Below are positions 17,061 through 25,242 of a stretch of 27,733 nt of DNA, piece by piece (positions within the stretch are counted from its first letter, which is position 1; every line of letters begins with the position of its first letter). A program made the translations under genes and the position numbers. The stretch lies in the IMG/VR virus record IMGVR_UViG_3300042549_001563, positions 1 to 27,733 of that record; one strand, written 5' to 3'. The notes under the pieces are model-generated. The model was not told the DNA's origin, did not search any database, and saw only the letters and a list, made by a program, of their open reading frames with translations. Source of the DNA: a virus. Its lineage: Duplodnaviria; Caudoviricetes.

Positions 17061-18877
17061 TGGCATCGGACAATAATTTAAAAATAGATGCATTAGATTT
17101 TCAGGGAATAAAGACAAACTTTAAATCTTATCTACAAGCACAGGATCAATTTAGAGATTATAACTTTGAAGGTTCTGGACTTAATGTTCTATTAGACTTG
17201 TTAGCATATAACACATACTATAATTCATTCTACCTAAACATGGTAGCCGCTGAAGCATTCTTGCCAACAGCACAGAAAAGAAATTCAGTTGTCAACTTGG
17301 CTAAGTCATTAAACTATACGCCACGTTCAGTCACATCCGCATCTATTAGCGGAACTGCAACTCTAACGGTTACTGGTTCTCCAACTAACGTCACTATTCC
17401 AGCATACACTTCTTTCACAGGTTCTGTAGATGGAGTAACATATAACTTCTTAAACACCACTTCTGTAATTATTACGCCAGTAGATGGTGTGTATAGTTCT
17501 GCTATGTCGCTTAAAGAAGGACGTTATATCAATAGAAGATATACAGTAAACTTAAACGATCCTGACCAAAGATTTTTAATTCCGAATAAAAATGTTGATA
17601 CATCGACTTTGACTGTTAGCGTTTTAAATTCTTCTAGCGATAGCACAGTAAGAACATTCTCTAAAGTAACTAGCTTAGTTGAAGTTGCTTCTACGACTAG
17701 AGTTTATTATATTGAAGAAGTTGAAGACGGACAATATGAACTCAAGTTTGGCGATGGCGTATTTGGTGTTGCATTAGACGCTGGCAATATTGTTGTGCTT
17801 GAATATCTTGTGTCTAACGGAACTTCAGCAAACGACATTCAAACGTTGACATATGCTGACGCAATTGCTGGAGTAACAACAATTAGTTTTGTTTCGACTG
17901 ATCCGGCAGCCGGTGGTGCAGACAGAGAATCTATCAATCAAATTAAATTCAATGCACCAAAAGCATATGAAGCACAAAATCGTGTTGTGACAGCCGATGA
18001 CTATAAAACTCTAATGTTACAACAAGCGACAGTAGACTCTTGCGTTGTTTGGGGCGGTGAAGACAATGACCCACCAACGTATGGTAAAGTATTCATTGCA
18101 GTCAAGCCTAAAGTTGGTGACGTATTAACTGCGACTGAAAAATTAAACTTAATCAATTCTGTAATCAATCCTAAAAAGATTTTGACAGTAACATCAGAAA
18201 TTGTTGATCCTGAGTACACATACATCATTATAGATGCAACAGTAAAGTATTTATCCGACTCTACAATTATGAGTGCGGCAGAAATCAAACAGCTTGTGAT
18301 TGATACAATCAAGACCTATAACACAGATGAAATTAATCAATTCTCAAAGTATTTTAGATATTCAAAATTATCCAGACTGATTGATACGACTGAAAGGTCA
18401 ATTCTAAGCAACGTCATGTCTGCACGAATGAGAAAAGAAGTTGACGTTCAATTGGGTGTTAGCACACGATACGAGATTAGCTTTTCAAATGCAATTGACA
18501 ATGCAACAAATGGCAGACCAACAACTTCAGCATATGGCGTTGGAAATAAATTAACATCAAATGCATTTACATTTGGTGGATACTCAAACTGCTTCTTAGA
18601 AGACAACAATGGTTTGATTCGTATCTACAGAGTTTTAGGCTTAGATAACATTGCAGTTTCTATCAATGCAGGAACAATCAATTACACGACTGGTAAAATT
18701 GTGTTAACAAACTTTGCACCAACTGCATTTAACGATGGCAGTACAACATTGAAAGTTACAGCAGTACCGCAAGATAAAGATATTCTTCCATTAAGAAGTC
18801 AAATTATTTCAATTAGAGATGCTGATATTTCAGTTACAATGATTGACGATAAATCAATTAGCTTGGTCAATAGATAA
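17060..18877 (+). CDS. gp6: gp6-like baseplate wedge subunit
   Basis: LDFQGIKTNF, FRDYNFEGSGLNVLLDLLAYNTYYN, FGDGVFG, AQNRVVTADDY, WGGEDNDPPTYGKVFIAVKP, GTINYTTG. Confidence 0.95.
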   Translation: MASDNNLKIDALDFQGIKTNFKSYLQAQDQFRDYNFEGSGLNVLLDLLAYNTYYNSFYLNMVAAEAFLPTAQKRNSVVNLAKSLNYTPRSVTSASISGTATLTVTGSPTNVTIPAYTSFTGSVDGVTYNFLNTTSVIITPVDGVYSSAMSLKEGRYINRRYTVNLNDPDQRFLIPNKNVDTSTLTVSVLNSSSDSTVRTFSKVTSLVEVASTTRVYYIEEVEDGQYELKFGDGVFGVALDAGNIVVLEYLVSNGTSANDIQTLTYADAIAGVTTISFVSTDPAAGGADRESINQIKFNAPKAYEAQNRVVTADDYKTLMLQQATVDSCVVWGGEDNDPPTYGKVFIAVKPKVGDVLTATEKLNLINSVINPKKILTVTSEIVDPEYTYIIIDATVKYLSDSTIMSAAEIKQLVIDTIKTYNTDEINQFSKYFRYSKLSRLIDTTERSILSNVMSARMRKEVDVQLGVSTRYEISFSNAIDNATNGRPTTSAYGVGNKLTSNAFTFGGYSNCFLEDNNGLIRIYRVLGLDNIAVSINAGTINYTTGKIVLTNFAPTAFNDGSTTLKVTAVPQDKDILPLRSQIISIRDADISVTMIDDKSISLVNR

Positions 18878-18879
18878 AA

Positions 18880-21800
18880 ATGAATGATGCATTTTTCAAG
18901 CCGTCATTAAATGTAGGCTCATTTGTCGGTGAGAACTCTTCCGTTGATACGGAAAGATTCTTGCTGTTCATGCAAGCATACTATGAATGGATGCAATCAA
19001 CGACTATAACGTTAACTAGTAAAACTGAAACGTTTGTAGTTGGAGAAACAGTTGTGGGCGCAACTTCAGGCGCAACTGCGATTATCAGAGAAGTCAAAAC
19101 AGACTCTATCATTGTTAAGTTGACAACGAGAACTGTATTTAACTATAGTGAAATTATTGAAGGGCAAACTTCAAGCGCAACCGCAACTGTCAGTATTACT
19201 AAAGATAACGTAGGACGTGCTACTGGAAATGTTCTAAACTATAAGACGCTAGAAACTTCTGTTGATAAGTACGTTGATTATCTCAGGGAAGAATTATATC
19301 CTAGTATTCCTGCAACATACTATGGCGACAAAAGACTTGTAGCACAGTACTTCAAAGATTTTTATGAATCAAAGAGTAATGAACAGTCATACAGATTTTT
19401 ATTCAAACTTCTATACAATGAAGATATTGAATTCTATTATCCAGGAACTGACGTTCTACGTGTGTCTGATGGTAATTTCGAAAAGACTCAAATTATCAGG
19501 ACAGTTGCCGTTGCGACTGGTACGGATTCTTTAGGCGCACCATTTGATAGAGACATTTTCTTATTTTTAAATAAGACAATTCGTGGACAATCTTCTGGAT
19601 TTCTTGCGAACGTAGTTGACATTAAAAAATTCTTTATTGGTTCCAGAGAAGTTGCTGAAATGACGCTGAAACTTGTCAGCGGTACCTTTATTGGTGGTGA
19701 AGATATTGTAGACATTGACGATGATAATCTTGTCACAACAATTTATGGTATCATATCAGGCGTAACGATTGTCGATGGCGGCTCTGGATATGAAGATGGA
19801 GATATTGTTACCATTTCTGGTGATGGCTCTGAAGCGCAAGCTAAAGTTTCTTCTATTAAAGAATCTCCAATTAGCGCATTAACTGTAAACGCAATTGGAC
19901 ACGGCTACCAATTAAATACTTTTGCGACTATTGACAATACTGGTACTGGTGGTTCTGGCTTCATTGTTAAAGTCACAGAACTAGCAAACACATACAGCGT
20001 AACGTCTGGCGCAAACACATATACTGTTGGTGAAGTATCTCAAGTTTCTATTATCAATAGAGGTGAAGGTTATTTCAGAACTCCCTCTATTACATTACAA
20101 GACACAACAATTGCGTCTTTGGGATTGTTGTCTGACAAATTAATCACAATTAATAATGCTGGTTCTAACTATGGTGTTGGAAACACATTAGTGTTTACTG
20201 GTGGTGCTGGAACTGCCGCCGCTGGGCAAATTGCATCTGTTGTAGAATCAACAACATTTGACCTTCTGTTTGAAGACGGCTTTCAAATGAAGGCTGATGG
20301 TAGTTATTACGACATTATTAAAAATGAAGATTGGGCAGTAGTTGGACCAATCAAGCGTGTTGAGTTAACTAACTTTGGTACTGGATATAGTTCTGCAAAT
20401 CTACCTTCAATCTCAATTTCCACAACGACCGGTTCGAGTGCAAATTTAGTCGCAACAAACATTCAAGGTAAGACTTCAAGTATTAGCGTAGATACTGCAA
20501 ACAATATTACAGGTATTGGTTCTATTCGTGCAGTCGAAATCACAAATTTTGGTATCAACTATAGTGCGGCTAACGCATCTGCATCTGCCGTTGGCGATGG
20601 TAACGCAATATTGACTCCAGTTATTTCGGGGCTTGGAATTAAACAAGGTGTTTGGTTAGACGATGATGGTAAAATTGATTACAAGATTATTCAAGACTCA
20701 TACTATTATCAAGACTACTCTTATGTTATTAAGAGTGGTTTAACGTTTCAAACATATTCGAATACACTAAAATCGATTATTCACCCTGCTGGTTTAACAT
20801 ATTTTGGTGAGATTAATATTCTCAACAACCTTGATGTTGCAGCCGAGTTGGTTAATAGTGAAGAAATTAGCAGAATGCTTGTGCAGATATTGGCACAGAT
20901 TTATGTTGGTGGCGACTATGAATATTCAAACATCACATGGACTATCAAAGTTGAGGCGCCTGTTCTCAGACTTGACACAGACTTGTTGGATGTTCAAGAA
21001 TATGTTATTCACTTAGTGCCTGAAGGTGATGAAGAAACTGGAATTACTGACGTTGGTATAGTAATTAATCAAGGTGGTGCACGACATTCATTTATTATCC
21101 AGACTCCATTTGAACTTGATGTTACTGCAACATCTGCAACATTGCCGGCAACAAAGTTTGTAATTTCACATCAAGACACTTTACCTGGTTACGGATATAA
21201 TACGTACGGTGACTTGCCTTTGACACCATTTGGTGTTTATAGTGATGATTGGTCTGTTGTTCCAATTTCAGTATTGCAGAATGCTAGATTCAGCGATTTA
21301 TACGGAGAGAATCCTGCGTATCTATCGATTATGAATTTGTTTATCGATAATACACTTGACCTTTCCGTCTCGGGAATCACATCAAAACTTAAGTACGAAA
21401 CATTTGCGGTTAGCGGAACTGTACCAATTTTACAATCTATTGTCACTACAGAATCGTTAATAGTTAAACCTGAAATTCCAATTCAGCTTACACTCAATGA
21501 TGTTGGCGTATCAATGTCCACTCAGATGGAACGTGAGTTGCCAGTTCTTGTAACACTCGCAGACTTAGATACTTATGGTGAATATGTTGTAATCATATCT
21601 CCAACACCAAGTGTGCTTGATGTGTCCGTTGCGGCATCTTCTGTCTTACCGCAAAAGTTTGCCTCTGCTCAGAATCTAATTGCATTGTATAACATACAAT
21701 TAAAAGATGTTGCAATTTTAGATGTTGCTGGCAATGTATTTGGTGACGATTTACCTCAAAATGCATATGAAGGAATAATAGGATCATTTGCAAATTCTAC

Positions 21801-22995
21801 GTTTGAGGCTTCATACTTAAATTACCCATTATCATTCCAGGAATACGTTAAAATACTTCCTGTGACTACCACCGAAATGAATAATCTTTCTGTAAATAGA
21901 GAGATTATTGTTCGCTCTGAAGGTAACGGATTTAGATATACAATCTATGATGATGGTTTGTTATCCGATTATGCATCAACACCAATATCTGCATTAGCTG
22001 ATTTTACATTTGATACAAATCTTGGCACTACAACATACGATGTTACTATCAAAGCGACAACATCACCATATACTAGTGGACAATCTGCAAGAAGAAATCC
22101 AACTGACATATTCAGAGATGAAATTCGAATTGAAATTGAAAGTGCATCAGATGGGTATGGATTGCCATATGGCGATTTGCCAGTTTCATCGTTGTCTGGA
22201 TATGCAATATCAGATACGCTATATGACAGACCATTAAGTTTAGAAACATTCGGCACAACTTATCCGTCACTATATACTGCATCAGATTATACAACATACG
22301 CAAAGATTGCAGGAACAGTTTCTTCTGCAAATGCAGGATTTGAAACATTACCGATTTCAGCGTATAGCGAAATTGCAATCGATGTTGTTGATGAATCACT
22401 ACTTTCAGATTTAGTTCCGATAGTAATTGGTGCAACAACAGGACTAACACAACCTTCACAGAATCTTTCCGGCACTAATAGTAATACTGGATTCTTCTTC
22501 TACGGTTGGGGCGATGAACCATCATCCGATGATTTAACATTCAGTTCAATTCAAGTTGGATGGACTGTTGTCGGACAGCCTACTTGGGTGGTAACCGCAG
22601 TTGGCGATGGCTCTACGAATTATAATGTGACAATATCTGGAGGAGAATTCGCAAGCGGTGGCACATATAGATTCACTGGTATGATTATTGGAGGAACTAA
22701 CTTTGTATCAGACTTTAGCTTCGGTGACGTATTTGTTGCAAACAATGAATATTTCACGGTAGAGAGTGTCGCAAATACCACATATATGATAACAGATAGA
22801 TTGCCTGCAAATGCATTTAGCGGTGTTGTTGCATATAAGATTCCAACACCAACATATACATTCAGTTCAATCCCAACTTCTATCAATGAGGGTGCAAACG
22901 GAACATTCAATGTGACTACAACTGATGTTGCTAACGGCACAGCATTGTATTGGACAATAAATAACGTAACAACAGGCTCAGGAGATTTTGTATAA
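18880..22995 (+). CDS. gp7: gp7-like baseplate wedge initiator with long C-terminal extension
   Basis: FMQAYYEWM, KDFYESKSNEQSYRFLFKLLY, IQDSYYYQDYSYVIKS...IIHPAG; GxGY repeats; follows gp6. Confidence 0.85.
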   Translation: MNDAFFKPSLNVGSFVGENSSVDTERFLLFMQAYYEWMQSTTITLTSKTETFVVGETVVGATSGATAIIREVKTDSIIVKLTTRTVFNYSEIIEGQTSSATATVSITKDNVGRATGNVLNYKTLETSVDKYVDYLREELYPSIPATYYGDKRLVAQYFKDFYESKSNEQSYRFLFKLLYNEDIEFYYPGTDVLRVSDGNFEKTQIIRTVAVATGTDSLGAPFDRDIFLFLNKTIRGQSSGFLANVVDIKKFFIGSREVAEMTLKLVSGTFIGGEDIVDIDDDNLVTTIYGIISGVTIVDGGSGYEDGDIVTISGDGSEAQAKVSSIKESPISALTVNAIGHGYQLNTFATIDNTGTGGSGFIVKVTELANTYSVTSGANTYTVGEVSQVSIINRGEGYFRTPSITLQDTTIASLGLLSDKLITINNAGSNYGVGNTLVFTGGAGTAAAGQIASVVESTTFDLLFEDGFQMKADGSYYDIIKNEDWAVVGPIKRVELTNFGTGYSSANLPSISISTTTGSSANLVATNIQGKTSSISVDTANNITGIGSIRAVEITNFGINYSAANASASAVGDGNAILTPVISGLGIKQGVWLDDDGKIDYKIIQDSYYYQDYSYVIKSGLTFQTYSNTLKSIIHPAGLTYFGEINILNNLDVAAELVNSEEISRMLVQILAQIYVGGDYEYSNITWTIKVEAPVLRLDTDLLDVQEYVIHLVPEGDEETGITDVGIVINQGGARHSFIIQTPFELDVTATSATLPATKFVISHQDTLPGYGYNTYGDLPLTPFGVYSDDWSVVPISVLQNARFSDLYGENPAYLSIMNLFIDNTLDLSVSGITSKLKYETFAVSGTVPILQSIVTTESLIVKPEIPIQLTLNDVGVSMSTQMERELPVLVTLADLDTYGEYVVIISPTPSVLDVSVAASSVLPQKFASAQNLIALYNIQLKDVAILDVAGNVFGDDLPQNAYEGIIGSFANSTFEASYLNYPLSFQEYVKILPVTTTEMNNLSVNREIIVRSEGNGFRYTIYDDGLLSDYASTPISALADFTFDTNLGTTTYDVTIKATTSPYTSGQSARRNPTDIFRDEIRIEIESASDGYGLPYGDLPVSSLSGYAISDTLYDRPLSLETFGTTYPSLYTASDYTTYAKIAGTVSSANAGFETLPISAYSEIAIDVVDESLLSDLVPIVIGATTGLTQPSQNLSGTNSNTGFFFYGWGDEPSSDDLTFSSIQVGWTVVGQPTWVVTAVGDGSTNYNVTISGGEFASGGTYRFTGMIIGGTNFVSDFSFGDVFVANNEYFTVESVANTTYMITDRLPANAFSGVVAYKIPTPTYTFSSIPTSINEGANGTFNVTTTDVANGTALYWTINNVTTGSGDFV

Positions 22996-23816
22996 TGCCA
23001 GCCAATGGTTCATTCACAATAACAAGCAATGCGGGATCATTTGTTGTAAACCCAACCGCAGACTTAACAACAGAAGGTGCAGAAACATTTACTGTTTCAA
23101 TTAGAACAGGTTCTATTACAGGACCAATCGTTGCTACTAGTAGTGCGATTACAGTAAATGATACTTCAAATAATGTGATTACCTCACAATTATACCTAGA
23201 TGCAGGTAATGCTTCTAGTTATCCGGGTTCAGGAACCACATGGACTGATTTGAGTGGGAATGGCAGAAATGGTACATTGACCAACGGACCAACTTACAGT
23301 AGTGCAAATGGCGGTTCTATTGTGTTTGATGGAACTGATGATTTTGTTCAATGTTCGGGTTCTGTTACAGCCACGGCAGCAACATTTGTAACATGGATAA
23401 GACGAAACGGAACTCAAAGTACATATGATGGCATTTTGTTTTCCAGAGGCACAAGTGTTACTGGAATGAATTTTCAATCATCTAACCAACTTTCATATAC
23501 CTGGAACAATGCTATTAATACCTATACTTGGAATAGTGGATTAACTGTGCCAGATTTAACATGGTGTATGGTCGCAGTTTCTGTTACCAGCACATCAGCA
23601 ACAGCATATCTGTGTCAATCCAGTGGAATTACCTCTGCTACCAATACTGTATCTCATACCAGCACTACTCTGGACGATATAAAAATTGGTCAAGATGACT
23701 TTGGTGGCAGACTTTTCAATGGCAACATAGCAATAGCCAAACTTTATGACACGGCTTTATCTGCTGGTCAAATTTCACAACTCTTCAACGAAGACAAAGC
23801 AAGATTTGGCTATTAA
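22995..23816 (+). CDS. LamG/concanavalin A-like lectin domain protein preceded by half an Ig/Calx-beta-like domain
   Basis: LYLDAGNASSYPGSGTTWTDLSGNGRNGTLTNGPTY...IVFDGTDD, WCMVAV, FNGNIAIAKLYDTALSAGQISQLFN..KARFGY. AGGAG 10 nt before the ATG; TAATG overlap with the gp7 stop. Confidence 0.85.
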   Translation: MPANGSFTITSNAGSFVVNPTADLTTEGAETFTVSIRTGSITGPIVATSSAITVNDTSNNVITSQLYLDAGNASSYPGSGTTWTDLSGNGRNGTLTNGPTYSSANGGSIVFDGTDDFVQCSGSVTATAATFVTWIRRNGTQSTYDGILFSRGTSVTGMNFQSSNQLSYTWNNAINTYTWNSGLTVPDLTWCMVAVSVTSTSATAYLCQSSGITSATNTVSHTSTTLDDIKIGQDDFGGRLFNGNIAIAKLYDTALSAGQISQLFNEDKARFGY

Positions 23817-23875
23817 ATAGACTTCTAAATAATGGTAGACAAGCATAGAATTAACAAAATTTCAAAAAAACTTTG

Positions 23876-23883
23876 TATAAATA
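23876..23883 (+). promoter_or_regulatory. T4 late promoter (exact consensus) for gp8
   Basis: TATAAATA 49 nt upstream of gp8, followed by an AAAGGAG RBS. Confidence 0.8.
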
Positions 23884-23932
23884 AGTAAATGAAAAACAAC
23901 TTTAAGTACAGTATTCAAAAGGAGAAAACCAC

Positions 23933-25213
23933 ATGGCATCAATTGTAACTACAAAATTCAGAGTACACAATGCACAGCAATTCGCAGAAGCATTTTCTGA
24001 AACAGCAAATACCATTATGTATTTGTTCATCGGCAAAAACACAGCATTTCCAGATGATAATGCACCACCAACACCAGTAAATTCAACAGCTAACGTTGAA
24101 TATACTCCATGGCGTGATATGTATGCCGCAAAACGCATTACTACAGCGGACGTAACACACGCAGTTCCAAGATACAATTGGACTTCTGGCACAGTATACA
24201 CATACTATGACGATGCAGATACAAACTTGATTGAGTCTGATTCTTTCTACGTAATTACAGAAGACTTTAACGTTTATAAGTGCTTATGGAATGCAGGCGC
24301 AACGGCTTCTACTACAAAGCCAACAGGCACAAGCACATCACCATTTACAGCGGCTGACGGATACATCTGGAAATATATGTACACAGTCACAACTGCTAAA
24401 GCGTTGAAATTCTTGACTAATGATTATATTCCAGTTCAGCAATTAGATTCTGACGATGGCACAGACCAGTGGGACGTTCAAGCGGCTGCCGTTGATGGTG
24501 GTGTTCACGTTGTTCGAGTTACATCAGGTGGTTCTGCTTATGGTTCCGCACCGGCAGTTACAATCACTGGTGATGGTACAGGAGCAACAGCAAACTCAAC
24601 AATCGTTGCTGGCGCAGTTACAGCAGTTACAATTACTAACGCTGGTACAGGTTACACAAGAGCAACAGTTACATTCGCCTCTGGTGCCGCAGCCGCAACT
24701 GCAATCATTTCACCAAAAGGTGGCCATGGTGCTAACGCAATCGAAGAACTCGGTGGCAAGTACATTATGATTAACGTTCGTTTGGATGGTACTGAATCTA
24801 ATACATTCTCTACAGCTAACGAATTCCGTCAAGTTGGTATTGTTCGTGATCCATATTTGTACGGCACAACTACTAGAGCGGTTGCTTCTTCTTTTAGACA
24901 ATCATTCAAGTATCAATTGTCTGCTCCATCTGGCACATTTGCATTGGATGAAACAGTTACTAGCGGTTCTAATACAGCATCTGTTGTTGAGTGGACAACA
25001 CCAAACTTGTTTACTACATTGCCAGTACACTTACCATTTGCTAACACAGCAAGCGTTTCTGGTGGAACATCTGGTGCTTCTGGAACAATTGCAGTTATCA
25101 CTACTCCAGGCTTACAGCCATACAGCGGCGACATTATCTATGTCGAAAATCGTGTGCCAATCTCTAGAGCGGCTGACCAAATTGAAGACGTTAAACTAAT
25201 CATTCAATTCTAA
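23933..25213 (+). CDS. gp8: gp8-like baseplate wedge subunit
   Basis: IVTTKFRVHNA, PRYNWTSGTVY, FNVYKCL, DGYIWKYMY, ISPKGGHG, FRQVGIVRDP, SGDIIYVENRVPISRAADQIEDVKLIIQF. Confidence 0.93.
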   Translation: MASIVTTKFRVHNAQQFAEAFSETANTIMYLFIGKNTAFPDDNAPPTPVNSTANVEYTPWRDMYAAKRITTADVTHAVPRYNWTSGTVYTYYDDADTNLIESDSFYVITEDFNVYKCLWNAGATASTTKPTGTSTSPFTAADGYIWKYMYTVTTAKALKFLTNDYIPVQQLDSDDGTDQWDVQAAAVDGGVHVVRVTSGGSAYGSAPAVTITGDGTGATANSTIVAGAVTAVTITNAGTGYTRATVTFASGAAAATAIISPKGGHGANAIEELGGKYIMINVRLDGTESNTFSTANEFRQVGIVRDPYLYGTTTRAVASSFRQSFKYQLSAPSGTFALDETVTSGSNTASVVEWTTPNLFTTLPVHLPFANTASVSGGTSGASGTIAVITTPGLQPYSGDIIYVENRVPISRAADQIEDVKLIIQF

Positions 25214-25242
25214 TTTAAAAAAAACGTAGGCTTGAAAAATAA

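Noticed and set aside
22995-23816. LamG gene as a diversity-generating retroelement target
   Set aside because: No template repeat or reverse transcriptase in the window.
23832-23888. 18-codon mini-ORF and extra TAAATA motifs before gp8
   Set aside because: No SD; expected by chance in an AT-rich spacer.
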